Origin: Acidobacteriota bacterium
Lineage (GTDB): Bacteria; Acidobacteriota; UBA890; WLXD01
DNA length: 64,000 nt
Assembly: GCA_965205505.1 (NCBI GenBank)
Contig: CBDBHB010000009.1
Coordinates: 2,976,001 to 3,040,000, forward strand
Direction of reading: 5' to 3'
The stretch's first letter is position 1. The number at the start of each line of letters is the position of its first letter. The position numbers and the translations under genes are program-made. The notes under the pieces were generated by a model that saw nothing but the letters and a program-made list of their open reading frames with translations, did not search any database and was not told where the DNA came from. Shown piece after piece: positions 31,484 through 43,494 of this stretch.

Positions 31484-31861
31484 ACAGAGGCCATCGCCGC
31501 CAGCTTGGTCATGCTCACCGGAGGCGAGATTCGTCTTGCGCCAATGGCGGCGGTGATGATCCACGAGGCGCGAGGAACGTTGATCGCTGCGCCCCCAAAG
31601 GCGTTCCAGGCGACGTTGGATTTCCTGACTCGATTCAACGCCGAAACCGTTGTGCCGCTGTACATGCGGCGAATGAACGTGTCCGAGGCCGAGTTGCATC
31701 AGATGCTGCAGCAAGAGCGCTCATTCACGGCGACCGAGGCCGTTGAGGTCGGGCTTGCCGACAGTGTGATCGAGATCGAAGACGACAACGACACCGACGG
31801 CAACGAGGCGCGAGTATTCGCGCGCCGAAACCTGAGACTGGCCGCGCTTGCCGGCACGTAA
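31484..31861 (+). pseudogene. ClpP-like phage prohead protease, 5' truncated
   Basis: IAASLVMLTG..VMIHE..SFTATEAVEVGLADSV directly upstream of the capsid gene. Confidence 0.75.
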
Positions 31862-31873
31862 AGGAGAACGACG

Positions 31874-33148
31874 ATGCCCGTATTCGATCCTCAGAAGCTG
31901 ACCGACCTGGTAGACGAGGAATCGCGTCTCAGCAACGCGCTCAACGAGCTGATCGTGTCGCTCAATGAGCAGCACGAGACCGACGCTGAATGGGATGAGC
32001 CGCGGCAGGGGAAATACATCATTGACCAGCAGCGCCACAGGCAACTGACGCGACAGCTCGAAACGGTGCGCGCCGAGCGGCAACGGTACGAAGCGCACGA
32101 GCCTCAGCGCGTCAAGCAGTTCAAGCAATCGGCGTTGAACCGTTGGCTGTGGAGCGGTGAAAACGGGCTCGAACAAGACGAGTGCGAGCTGTATCTGCGC
32201 GAGCCGGACCCGGCGATGCTCAACCAGGTCCCGGACCTACGGGGCAATGGCTTCCGCGTCTCGCTGGCTACCCGCTCCGACATCGACACGGGCGCGGGCG
32301 CGGCCGGCCTCAGCGTCGAACAGGAGTGGAACTCCGACGTCATCGAACGGCTAGCCTACTAGGGCGACGTCGAAGAGGCGTGCTCGTCGTTCACGACGGC
32401 CACCGGTGGCGATTTCCACATCAACGCCCTGGACGGCATCGCCGACAAGGGGGTGCTGCTGACCGACCAGGCGGGAGCGATCGGCACGGACCTGGGCAAA
32501 AAGCCGTTGCCGCCGGTGACGGCCGTCACGTTCAAGGCCTACGTCATGCACACGGGGCCGATGTGGATTCGCCGCGAGGCGATCCAGGACGTGCATTTCG
32601 CCCTGGAGAACCGTGCGGACATGCACGCCGTGCGTCGAATGGGGCGCGCCTGGAACGAGCTGTTCACCCAAGGGCACCAACACCGACCAGCCGCAGGGCA
32701 TCGTGACGATCGCCAAGGCGGGGGTGACGGCGGCGGCCGCCAACGCGGTGACCTACTCGGAGCTGCTGGAGCTGGAGTATTCCGTGAACCGCGCCTATCG
32801 CAAAAACCGCGAGGGGGGCGTGGGCGGCTTCACCGGCAGGGCTGCGGGCATGAGCGGCTTCATGTTCTCGGACAGCTTCGAGAAGCTGGCCCGCTCGCTG
32901 GTGGACAGCGATGGTCGGCCCATGTGGACGCCGGGCATCACGGCGGGCACGTGTGGCATCACCGACGGGTTGCCGCCCCGGCTGCTCGGTTACCCCTACG
33001 TCGTCAACGACAACATGGACGCGGTGGCCACCGGCAAGGTGCCGTGCCTGTTCGGCAACCTCGGCTACTACGGTATCCGCACGGTGTCCTCGGTGGAGAT
33101 CTTCCGTTTCTGGGACTCCCGGACGGCACAGGCCAACTCGATCGAGAC
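31874..33148 (+). pseudogene. HK97-fold major capsid protein with stop (32360), frameshift (~32670) and 3' truncation
   Basis: RBS AAGGAG, coiled-coil delta domain, GTNTDQPQGIV, LVDSDGRPMW, LLGYPYVVNDNM, FGNLGYY. Confidence 0.85.
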
Positions 33149-34326
33149 GTGCTGTTCGGCGAGCCGGCGGCCGACCAACTCGGCTGGATCGGCGACCTGT
33201 TCATTAAGCTGCTGCGCATGATCATCGTGCCGTTGGTGCTGACATCGATCATCTCGGGTGCCGCGTCGGTGAGCGAGGGACGTGCCATCGGACGCCTGTT
33301 TCAGCAAGACGCTCGGCTACTACATCCTCTCCAGCCTGCTCGCGATCATGGCCGGCCTCTTGTTGGTCAACCTGATCCAACCCGGAGTCGGCGCTACCAT
33401 GACCGGCGCGGCGGCGCAGCAACCGCTCCCCGAGCTGGCGACGCCCAGCTCGCCGGTCGAGCTGATCCTCGACATCGTGCCGGACAACGTGATCCAGGCG
33501 GCGGCCAGCGCCGACATGCTAGCGATCATCTTCTTCAGCATCCTTTTCGGGCAGCGATTACCGCCCTGCCCGACGACACCCCAACGCACCTTGACCGATC
33601 TGTTCGGCGCCCTCTTTCAGACGATGATGCGGCTCACCTCGGGGATCATGAAGTTCCTGCCGATCGGTGTGTTCGCGTTGATCACGCGGATGGTGGCCAC
33701 TACCGGGTTCGAGGCGTTCCGGCCACTGGCGCTGTACGCTGCGACCGTCTGTAAGCGGCATCACCTTTCACCTGCTCGTCAGCCTACCACTGCTATTGGT
33801 CTTCCTGGGCAGGATCTCGCCCCGCATCCACTTCGCCAACATGCGCCAGCTGCTGCTGATCGCGTTCTCGACCAGCTCCTCAGGGGCGACGTTGCCGGTC
33901 ACCATCGACAGCGTCAAGAACAAGGTTGGCGTCTCCTAACAAGGTCACCTCGTTCGTCCTGCCGTAGGGGCGACGGTGAACATAGACGGCACCGCGGTCT
34001 TCGAGTGCGTCGGCGCCCTCTTCATCGCTCAGACGCTGGGTTTCGAGCTCGGCGTGATGCAGCAGGCGATCGTCGTGCTGACGGCGCTGCTGGCCTCGAT
34101 CGGCGCCGCGGCGATCTCCTCTGCCGGGCTGGTCGTGATCTTCATCGTCCTGGAAGCGATCAACCTGCGGGGCCCCGAGGTCAACCTGATCGTCGGCTCC
34201 ATGCTCGCCATCGACCGGCCGCTGGACATGTATCGCACCGCGGTCAACGTCTTCAGCGACTCTTGCGGCGCCGCCATCATCGCGCGGTCGGAGGGCGACC
34301 GCGACTTGGATACGGAGGTGAGATAG
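33149..34326 (+). pseudogene. dicarboxylate/amino acid:cation symporter (DAACS)
   Basis: GDLFIKLLRMIIVPLV, AFSTSSSGATLP, GATVNIDGTA, DRPLDMYRTAVNVFSD; several frameshifts and a TAG at 33965. Confidence 0.85.
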
Positions 34327-34449
34327 GGCCGGCGGCCTGGATCCCGCCAGCGCCCGATGGGATGTCCGGGCGACCGTTTCTCGAGCGCTTTCTTCGTGGC
34401 ACGGGTTTGGGGACCACCTGCCGGAATCTTCAGACTCGGAGGCGCGCTC

Positions 34450-34746
34450 GTGTCGCCGTTCAAATCCGACGTGTCGGTTCCCATCGTGCCAATGGCCGTC
34501 GAGACGTCGGCGAAGCGCTTCTGTCTCGAGTACCTGGGCTCTGAAATCGACTGGGAGCACCGATTCGGCGAGACATCTCCCCCTGTACATGCAGGTCCGA
34601 CAGGGTGGATCCGTGCTCCATCTCGACGGTCACGCGGGTGCTGAAGCTCCAAGGGGACGGTGCGCGTGACGTTGCAGGGTCTCGATCACTACCGCCAGCT
34701 GCTGTGTTCGAGGGCTCCCGGTGCCAACGCCCCTCGCTGGTCAGAC
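34450..34746 (+). pseudogene. VOC/glyoxalase-family fragment, copy 1
   Basis: KRFCLEYLGSEIDWEHRFG..PLYMQV..LHLDGH; near-duplicate of 37029-37307. Confidence 0.7.
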
Positions 34747-34862
34747 GACCGCTTCAAAGCTGTGTGCACGATCAACGACCAAGGCTCAGAACTGGAACGC
34801 GTTTACAGATACCCCTCGGACTTGACCACAGGCGCGCTCAACAAATCTAGGACGTCACCTCG

Positions 34863-35645
34863 ATGCCTCGAAAGATTGGACGCAACGAACCTTGCCCCCG
34901 CGGGAGCGGAAAAAAATACAAGAAGTGCTGCGTCGTTGAGGACGAAAAGAACACGCGAGGCTTGAGGGCCGAACATCCGGCAGGTGGGGGAGGGGTCGCC
35001 CGGGCGCTCTCTTGGCTGTCCGCGCGGTATTGCGTCGAAAGCATGGAAGCGCTCGAGAGGCTCGCGCAACCACCCTCAGCACTTGTCGATGCTGCGACGG
35101 GAGATCCGATCCTTCTAACGAACATCCACTATCGTGTCCGGGACTGGGCGCCCATCGAGGCTGCCCTCGAAGCGGATGCTCGAATCGAGCCGACTGGCGA
35201 GAGTAACTGGACCTGCTTCGAATCGACATCAGCAGACGAGCCGCGGCGCATCGTGTGGACGGTCAGCCGGAGGCGCAACAAGAAAGAAGAGCGCATCGAA
35301 GTGTATGCTCAAACCGCAGAGCGAGCCGCCGAGGCTGCATGCTGGTTTGCAGACCACGCAGAGGATGCGCTCGAACTGATTACGCGCGAGTTCATCGATC
35401 CAGCGCATCTGTGGAAAGACCGTCCATCACGAGAACATAGTCCAGAGCCTTTTCCGAGCCCGCTTGATGACATGTCCCCTGATGAAGCCACCGAGTCCAG
35501 TCAATAAATCCACGTTGCATGTGTACCGTAATTGGCACAATGAGCCTATCCCGGCGCTCGCGAACCAGACCCCCGAGCAAGCCATGCGTTCCAAGTCAGG
35601 CCGACGCGACATCGTTCGGCTCATGAAGAGCTATGATATCTAGGA
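34863..35645 (+). pseudogene. SEC-C motif protein, degraded
   Basis: MPRKIGRNEPCPRGSGKKYKKCC with one Cys replaced by Arg; stop at 35507 with IPALANQTP continuing beyond it. Confidence 0.65.
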
Positions 35646-35872
35646 GGAGCACCGCGCGGAAACAGAAGATCGACCCGCGATCGACTACGGTTTTCTTTGC
35701 AAGAGGCTAGGAATGTCTCGGCGCGAGGAGTCGGGCTAGATATGCCTGCCGACGGGCAATCGCGCCAGCCGACGCAGCCGCGCCGCCGGACAGCGCAGCG
35801 ATGTCGGCCGACCGTGGAAAGAGCGTGACTTCCTAGGCGTCCTGCGCCCGACACGGTGGAGACGGAATCGTC

Positions 35873-37018
35873 ATGTGTAGCACGTCTGTGGAGTGCAAAT
35901 GGCCAATGAAAGACACGGCCGCCATCAACGTTGCCGTGCGAAGAATCCCATGTGCCCTGCTGTTCGCTTTGAATGCTGTGGGAGCCGCTGGCTGCGTCTC
36001 GAACCCCACCTTGGAGATGTTCCAGGCCGATGATCCTGCATGCTACGACCGCTCCGTCCAATCCCAAACTGCGGTGGTGGATACTCATCTCCACTTCCGG
36101 CCGTTTGGAGGTCCTGCGATCCCGTTCGAGGAACTGGTCTCCTATCTCGAGGAGACCGGCGTCGTGTTCGCCAACATCTATGGCGTTGGCCAGACGCTGC
36201 CCGTGACTACGTCCTGCACCTATTACTTGGACTGTCCCGGTACGCCGGTGACACCGACGTTGAAGAATGACTTTCTCAATGCCGCCAACACCATCATGAA
36301 CGCGCCCGCTGGGATCCATCTGACGCTCTCGATGAGCTTCCCGGACTTGTCGCGCCCAGAGACGATCCTCCCCAGGATGCAACTGCTGAACGAGGAATAC
36401 CCCAGAGCATTCGCCTGGATGGGCGAAATCAACCTGGTGAAACAAGCGCTGTTCGGCAACGGGAGGGCGCCGGTCCCCCTGGCGACGCTACTCAGGTGGG
36501 CGCCTTTCATGGAGGCGCTGCGGGAACGAGATATCCCGCTGGCGATTCACGCCGATTTGGGCAACGACGAGGAACCGACACGACACCTGCCGCTCATGGA
36601 GGAAGTGCTGCGCTTGTATCCGGACAACGCAATCGTTTGGGTGCACATGGGCCTGTCCCGGGAACTGGTCAACATGAACGCCGTCCAGCATATTCGAATC
36701 ATGAGTGCGCTGCTGGATCGTTATTCGAAGCTGCTGTTGGATATCTCCTGGCGGGTGCTCGACGATGCCTACTTCTCAGACCCGGACAACCGGACGCTCT
36801 ATGCGTCGTTTCTGAATGAGTACTCGGAGCGAATCCTGCCGGGAACGGACTTCTTGGCATCGAGTGACAAAGACATCGCCGTCTATCGCACCGAGCTGCA
36901 GATCACCAGTCGGATCCTGCGTGACTTGAACGACACGGCCTTCCGCAACATCGCCTTGGGTCAGAACTATTTCCGCTTGTTGGATCTGGACTACACCGCG
37001 CCGCCGGTATGTCAATGA
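35873..37018 (+). CDS. amidohydrolase-2-type TIM-barrel hydrolase, probable lipoprotein
   Basis: AAGC lipobox-like, VDTHLH, GEIN, IHAD, WVHMG, PGTDF. Confidence 0.8.
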   Translation: MCSTSVECKWPMKDTAAINVAVRRIPCALLFALNAVGAAGCVSNPTLEMFQADDPACYDRSVQSQTAVVDTHLHFRPFGGPAIPFEELVSYLEETGVVFANIYGVGQTLPVTTSCTYYLDCPGTPVTPTLKNDFLNAANTIMNAPAGIHLTLSMSFPDLSRPETILPRMQLLNEEYPRAFAWMGEINLVKQALFGNGRAPVPLATLLRWAPFMEALRERDIPLAIHADLGNDEEPTRHLPLMEEVLRLYPDNAIVWVHMGLSRELVNMNAVQHIRIMSALLDRYSKLLLDISWRVLDDAYFSDPDNRTLYASFLNEYSERILPGTDFLASSDKDIAVYRTELQITSRILRDLNDTAFRNIALGQNYFRLLDLDYTAPPVCQ

Positions 37019-37391
37019 AACCCGAATTCGACGTGTCGGTTCCCGTCGTGCCGATGACCGACGAGACGTCGGCGAAGCGCTTCTAATCTCGAGTACCTGG
37101 GCATGAAATCGACTGGGAGCACCGATTTAGCGATACATCGCCCCTGTACATGCAGGTCCGATAGGGTGGATCCGTAATCCATCTCGACGGTCACACGGGC
37201 GCTGAAGCTCCAAGGGCACGGTGCGTGTGACGGTGCAGGGTCTCGATCACTACCGCCAGCTGCTGTGTTCGAGGGCTCCCGGTGCCAACGCCCCCTCGCT
37301 GGTTAGACCACGGGGTACGAATCGGGAAATGCCGATCGAGGACCCGTCGGGGAACCTGCTGATCTTCGCGGAGCCGGACTCCGACGACTAG
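37015..37391 (+). pseudogene. VOC/glyoxalase-family gene, copy 2
   Basis: Same sequence as 34469-34746 with stops and frameshifts; ends IEDPSGNLLIFAEPDSDD*. Confidence 0.7.
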
Positions 37392-37617
37392 CGAGCACCG
37401 GTCTGTTCATCAAGACCGAGCCGTCAACCGAGCACGATTGATCCTGATGTGGGACTGGACTTGTGCTAGCAATCGAGCGTCACGATGAGTGCCCTGGGTG
37501 GCCGGCCGGGACCTCGATTCCGGGCGGGCTCGGGGCGATGGAGCGCCCGCGAGGGGCAGGCGCTACGGCGATGCAGGCCACATGTCCACGAAAACCCAAC
37601 CTCGTAGGGCCGGTGAG

Positions 37618-37692
37618 ATGATCGACTTGGAGGAGCGGATCGCGGCGCTGCAGGGGATGGACTTGCCCACGCTCCGTGATGAATGGCGTCGT
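37618..37692 (+). pseudogene. DUF2924-like N-terminal fragment
   Basis: MIDLEERIAALQGMDLPTLRDEWRR. Confidence 0.45.
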
Positions 37693-37835
37693 CCTTCTTG
37701 GCCCTCCTGCCCGACTCCACCTCCTGCAGAACCCGGATGATCTGCTCTTCGCTGAATCGACTCTTGCGCATCCGCTCCTCCGTAGCTTGACCAGTCTCGC
37801 ATTTCCACTGTGCCGAGTTTACGGGGAGCACGTCA
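37692..37835 (-). mobile_element. IS3 left-end remnant
   Basis: TGACGTGCTCCCCGTAAACT end and orfA start MRKSRFSEEQIIRVLQEVESG. Confidence 0.7.
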
Positions 37836-37859
37836 GATTAGGCCTCGGATCGGCGGGAT

Positions 37860-38268
37860 CGAGGGACGATCTCAGTATACACTTAGCCCTGACGCTCATC
37901 TCGGCATATACTTAGCTGTGACGCTCGAAGATGCTGAACTGATTGTCTTGCCGTAGGTGCCGCGCCCGCGCTTGCCCTTGATCCGACGCGCCCCGAAGAA
38001 GCTCTCGCCCACCTCGACGACCCCGAGCGGGCGCTGCGCTTCACAGGCAAGCACAATGCGTTGCCGCAAGCCCCGGTACAGCCGGTTCACAGTGTTGCGG
38101 TTCCGACCGCTCAGCGCCGCCGTCTGAAGGGCTGTGAGATCGGCCGCGAGGCAGCGCACGATCTCGCGGGTCTGGGCCTCGGACATCCTTGCACGCTTCC
38201 CGCACCTGTTTTTCATTGTCATGCTTAGCCTTATGCCTCATCCAGAGACTCTCAGCTAGGCAAGACCC
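37860..38268 (-). mobile_element. IS1595 (ISXO2-like) remnant
   Basis: EIVRCLAADLTA..NRNTVNR..VEVGESFFGARRIKGKRGRG. Confidence 0.8.
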
Positions 38269-38306
38269 TTTCTTTATTGGAGTTCCCCATGGCCGCGTTC
38301 CGGCCT

Positions 38307-38620
38307 TCACCCATCTAACCGGAAGCCCCAGTCGTAGCTGATGCGCACGTAGTAGTAAGCGCCGTTAAAGCCGAAAGGCGAAGACTGACCGTATCGGATT
38401 CCTTGGCCAGCAGCGCCCAGCAGGTTGACGTCCGGGTACGTGTTCAGAATGTTCTGGGCCCCCGTGGAGAAGGTGAGCTCGTCGTTGATAGGTACGTTGA
38501 ACACGACATCGAGAAGCACCTTGCCCCGGTACAACTGGTACAGGTAGGACAGGTCGGGGTTGCCGAGCGTTGCCGTTGCCCAGGTTCTAGCGTCTTCCTG
38601 GTCCCAGTACTGGCCGTTTC
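38307..38620 (-). pseudogene. TonB-dependent receptor C-terminal fragment
   Basis: GAQNILNTYPD..SPFGFNGAYYYVRISYDW fused in frame to IS3 orfB. Confidence 0.7.
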
Positions 38621-38624
38621 GAGT

Positions 38625-39765
38625 GCGCTGCGGCGGTCGGCGCTCGTTGTAGAAGTCCATCCAGCAGCCGATCCCGGCCCGAGCCTCGGAGCCAGTCGCG
38701 TACTCTGACAGATAGACTTGCTCGTATTTCAGTGATCGCCACAGCCGCTCGATGAAGACGTTGTCCATCCAGCGGCCCTTGCCGTCCATGGAGATCCGAA
38801 TGCCGGCCTCCTTGAGCGCGTCGGTGAAGTCGACGCTGGTGAATTGGCTACCCTGATCAGTGTTGAAGATCTCGGGCGCATCGTAGCGCTCGAGAGCCTC
38901 TTGCAAGGCCTCGGCGCAGAAGCTCGCATCGAGCGTGTTGGACAGGCGCCAGGACAGCACCTTGCGGCTCGCCCAGTCCATCACCGCAACCAGGTACAGA
39001 AAACCTCGCTGCAGCGGGATGTAGGTCACATCCGCACACCAAACGTGGTTCGGTCGCGTGATCTGCAGATCGCCCAGCAGGTAGGGATAGATCCTGTGCT
39101 CCGGGTGCGGCTGAGACGTCCTGGGCCGCTGGAAGATAGCTTGCAACCGCAGCAGCCGCATCAGGCGGCGCACCCGCTTGCGAGAGACCGTGTAGCCCTG
39201 ACGATGTAGCCAGCGTTTCATCTGACGGGAGCCGTAGAACGGCGTCTCCAAAAACTGCTCGTCGATCAACCGCATCAGGCGCAGGTTCAACGGACTCTCG
39301 CCCTTGCCCTCGTAGTAGAACGACGAGCGCGCGATCGACACCAAGCAGCACTGTCGCGCGATGCTGAGCCTTGCGTGGTCGCGATCAACCATCGCTACTC
39401 TCCGGCCGCGGCTCAACGACCGAAGACTTTGGATAAAAAATCCCGCTCGATGACGAGCTCTCCGATCTTCGCCCGCAGCTCCTTGATCTCCGCCTCCCGA
39501 GAGACCTCATCCCGCTCTTGCTTGCCCGAGAAGCCGGCCAGTACCTTCTGCCGAGCCTTCTTCTTCCAGTTGGCGATCAGGTTCGGATGCACATCGTAGC
39601 GGGCTGCCAGCTCCGCCATCGTCGCTTCCTCCCGAAGCGCCTCCAAAGCGACCTTCGCCTTCAGCTCAGCAGGATAACTTCGTCTCTTCCGTGGCATTCC
39701 AGACTCCTTCTCCTTGGTCTGGATTCCACCTTAGCAAGCTGTCCGAATTTCGGGGTCCACCTCTA
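38625..39765 (-). mobile_element. IS3-family element, 3'-truncated (orfA 39413-39697)
   Basis: End AGGTGGACCCCGAAATTCGGACAG; WCADVTY, NTDQGSQF, ERLWRSLKYE; right IR missing. Confidence 0.9.
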
Positions 39766-40791
39766 TGACCCACGCAAGGGCACGCTATCGTCTCGACAGC
39801 TGGCCATGCTGCCCCCGCCGGACGAGTTCACGATGCTGCTTCTGGACCCACCGGACCACACGCGGCTGCGGGCGGTCGTCAGGACGGCGTTTACCCCGAG
39901 GGCGGTCAACGCGCTTGAGTCCCGCATCCGCGCCATTCTGGGGGCCCTGCTGGACGACATCGACGACCCGACGGCGTTCGACTTTATGCAGGCAGTGGCC
40001 CGGCCCCTGCCAGTGATCGTCATCGCCGAGATGCTGGGCGTTCCGGCTGAAGACAGGGCACAATTCATGATCTGGTCGGAGCAGCGTGCGCGACTGTTGG
40101 ACCCGATGATCGGTGCGCGCGAACGTAAGGCCGGCGCGGCGGCCTCGCGGGCGTTCGACGCCTATTTCCGACCGATCATCGAGGAGCGGCGCGCCGAGCC
40201 GCGCGACGACATCGTAAGCACCCTCCTGGTGCGAGCGCAGGACGAAAGCGTACATTTGAGCGAACGCGAGACGCTGAACATGCTTCGGCTTCTGCTCAGC
40301 GCCGGCAACGAGACCACCGTAAACCTGATCGAAACGGCATCCTGGCCCTGCTTCGGCATCCCGAACAGCTTCAACGGCTCCGGGAAGACCCGAGCCTGAT
40401 CCCGGCGGCCGTGGAGGAACTGCTGCGCTTCGACTCTCCGGTGCAGGTGGATTTTCGGCGTGTGCTCGCGGACTGCGAGGTCAACGGCTCTCCGCTACGA
40501 GAACGTGACAATGTCGTCCTTCTTCTGGGCGCAGCCAACCGGGATCCGGACGTGTTCGAGAATCCGGACCGGCTCGATGTTGATCGCCACCAGGGTTCGC
40601 ACCTCTCTTTCGGGAGCGGGATCCACCATTGCCTCGGCGCCCTGCTAGCGCGTTTGGAAGGCCGGATCGTTCTCGAGATACTGCTCGACCGGTTCAAGTC
40701 GATGAGCCTATTTGAGGATCACCCGCGGTTTCGCAAGAGCCTCATCATCCGAGGCCCCCAATCCCTGGCGGTGCGCTGCCGCAGACTCTGA
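39766..40791 (+). pseudogene. cytochrome P450, 5' truncated and frameshifted (~40333)
   Basis: DPPDHTRLR, AGNETT, EELLRFDSP, FGSGIHHCLG heme motif. Confidence 0.9.
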
Positions 40792-40958
40792 GGCATGGAC
40801 GCCATGTATCTCGGCGGTGGCTAGTTCGTCCCTGCTTCGGCGATAGTATCTCCAGCGGTGGCGGTGGCTTATTCGGTGCAGCAAGGAAGAGCGCTAGCCG
40901 TCGGAGATGATTGAGTCAGGAGTGTGCCCGAAGGAAAATCCTGCGATAAAGGCACCAT

Positions 40959-41075
40959 CATGAGCGAAGGAGACACATTCGATCGCATCCTGGCATCGTT
41001 GCACGAAGCCGCGCTCGACGACGCCTACTGGCCAGCCGCCTCCGCCCTTATAGATGACGCGCTCCGCGCGAAGGG
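40959..41075 (+). pseudogene. N-terminal fragment of a LuxR-type regulator
   Basis: MSEGDTFDRILASLHEAALDDAYWPAASALID. Confidence 0.45.
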
Positions 41076-41552
41076 CCACGACCGGGCTGGCCGTCGACCT
41101 GCGGGTGCGGATGCTGGTGGTGCACCAGGCTGAAGGGTTCCGGGAGCGGGGGCATGGCGCTGTCGCTGAGCTACAACCCGACGCCGTCGACGCCGCTGGG
41201 CTTTACGGCGCGGGTGGCGCCGTCGTGGAGCGGTGAGGCGACGAGCGGGGCCGAGGCGATGTGGGGCCGGGAGACGATGGCGGGGATGGAGCACGGCGGC
41301 GGCGACGACGGCACCCGGCTCGATGCGGAGGTTAGCTACGGGCTGCCGGTGGGCAGCCGCTTCGTGGGGACGCCGCGGGCCGGCGTCAGAACCTCGGAGT
41401 ACGGACGGGACTACCGGGTCGGCTACGGCCTTGGAGTGCTCGACCGGGAGCGTCTGAACCTCGAACTGGAGGTCGATGCGCACCGCCGTGAGAGTCCGAT
41501 GCTGGACGGCACAGATCACGGCGCGCTCGCGCGGGCCACGATACGCTGGTAG
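41076..41552 (+). pseudogene. C-terminal autotransporter-like beta-barrel fragment of a large surface protein
   Basis: VHQAEGFRERG..SYNPTPSTPLG..RLDAEVSYGLP..RDYRVGY..ARATIRW. Confidence 0.65.
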
Positions 41553-41680
41553 CGGCGGCGCCCAGGCACCGCCTGGGGCGCGCCGGAGGACAGCGAGGAG
41601 GACGGGGCCGGCGCACCACGCCGGCCCATACCTGCCAGTCCGGCCCCGCGGCCGCAATCAGTGACCGCCCGCGTCCAGCC

Positions 41681-42099
41681 TCATCGCTCGTATTGCTCTC
41701 GTCGCACTTTGTCGGCGTGGGCGGCACTTACGATCCAGTCTACGGGCTCCAGCTCCCGCAGGTCTTGCACGTCCCACCATTGACACAAATCCTCCAGTGC
41801 GGCGGCTATGGGCCAGGGGTTGCCTGAGAACTCTGCGACCAGCTCCACGGCTCCGAGAAATTCGCGCTTCGATCCCTCAGGGCCATAGAGGCTGGCAAGC
41901 TCGTAGTCCACCGGCAGGGGGCGGTATCGGTGGCCTGGAGCCGCCAGCTTCGCCAGGATCTCTGCCTTCTGGGTACGTAGAGCCGCGAGGATGTGGCGCG
42001 GCAACGGCTCAGGGCCTCGGACTCAGAGCTTGTCGCCACGAGGTTCCAGCTCAAGCCCACAGCCGTTCGAGCGCGGTGGACCAGCTCCGTGGCGTTCAC
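41681..42099 (-). pseudogene. small primase-associated (TubC-N-like) protein
   Basis: ATG overlaps the DUF3631 stop; LELEPRGDKL*VRGP..ILAALRTQKAEILAKL. Confidence 0.5.
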
Positions 42100-43480
42100 A
42101 GTTCCACCTCAACGTATCGGCCCTGCTCGCCAGAGGGGTCTGCACCCGGTACCCTCGGTACTTTGCAGTCCTGGTAGGGGTTTTCGGCTACCTTGAACCC
42201 GGTACCGACGCCTTCCGGTACCGGGTCGCCATCTGCCTCATTGCCAGAGCCGGCGCGGGTTGTACCGGGGGTACCGGGTGCGGACGGTGCATCAGAGTCA
42301 GGAGCTTGTGCTGGGGTATATCGCTCCCACACCTCCTCCAGATCAGCACGCTCGTAGCCGCGCACCTTCTTGCCGTCGATCTTCATCTGACGAGGCCGCA
42401 CGTCGAAGTGCCGCAGCAACGTTGCCAGCTGCTGGGTGCTCAGCGGCCTGCCACGACGCCACTCGGGCCAGGGACGATCCTCACGATCCGTCAGGCGGTC
42501 CACGATCTGCTGGGACGCAAGCCGGCAGGCGCCATACTCGTCGAACAGCTCGCGCAGATCTCCCAGCAGCAGAATGCGGACGGAGCCGTCTTCACGCTGA
42601 CCGACACCGGACAAAAGCCTAGCAGCCTCCCTCGCCCGGTCCGGCCAGACACCCCCCGCCACTTCTGCGATGGCAAGTAGGGTCCGCCAGTTGTCGGCGG
42701 CACGGTCGTTCAGGCCATCGGGCACGTCGGGATCGGCGTTGCGGAGCGCCTCGCGGTGATCGGCAGCCCACCGCGCCGCCTGGCGGAGCACGTCCTCAAG
42801 GTCGAGGCTTCCGAGTCGCAATCGCTCGACCTTCTCGGCCGGTGTCTTGCGCTGCATGGGGACCACGATGGAGCGGTCCTGCAGCGTGTCCGTCAGGTTG
42901 CCGATCAGAGCCACGGCTTTCGGTCCCCATGTGGAGAACTTAGCCGGCTCGTGGTCTTCGCCCACAGTGCGAATCACGTACGCGGTTCCCCGCGTGTGCC
43001 CAGCATTCAGAATGCCTCGAAGCTCCTCCCGCTCTCGGAAAAACGAGTCCGCCTCATCGACCAATAGGGTCGGTCTCCATTTCTCTACCGCACGGAACAG
43101 CGCGGCCGGCGTGATATTGGAAGCAGCGAGCGGTCTCGGCACGAGGCGGCTGAGCACTGTCAGCGCGGTGGTCTTGCCGCACCGCTTCTCCGGCGACACC
43201 AGCGCCAGTAGTGGAGAAACGTCGGCAGCATCGTGCGCGTGAGCGAAGACGGTCCAGAGGGCGAAGGCCGTTGCGGCCCCCTCTGCCAGCACCGCGAATC
43301 GAGTGAACGTCTGGGCAAGAGCGGCCAGGAGAACGGCTCCATCCACTGATTCTGGCCACAGCTCCGGATCTGCCAACGCGACACTCGCCCCCTGGTCGGT
43401 GCGGTCCTTCGCCGGTCCACCGTCCAGACGCCGAAGGTCTTTGCGCGCCTCGTCGCGCAGAGTGTCGATCACGCTGACTC
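42096..43480 (-). pseudogene. DUF3631 primase-associated helicase-like replication protein, 5' part lost
   Basis: EKRCGKTT, TPAALFR, TLLVDEAD, LNAGH, DRAADNWR, WPEWRRGRPL. Confidence 0.85.
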
Positions 43481-43494
43481 GCCAGTCACTGGCT

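Noticed and set aside
32453-33754. 433-aa ORF as a real gene
   Set aside because: A chimera of capsid and DAACS frames plus off-frame sequence
38307-39416. Novel transposase-TonB receptor fusion protein
   Set aside because: A deletion join between a truncated IS3 and a receptor tail; the right IR is absent
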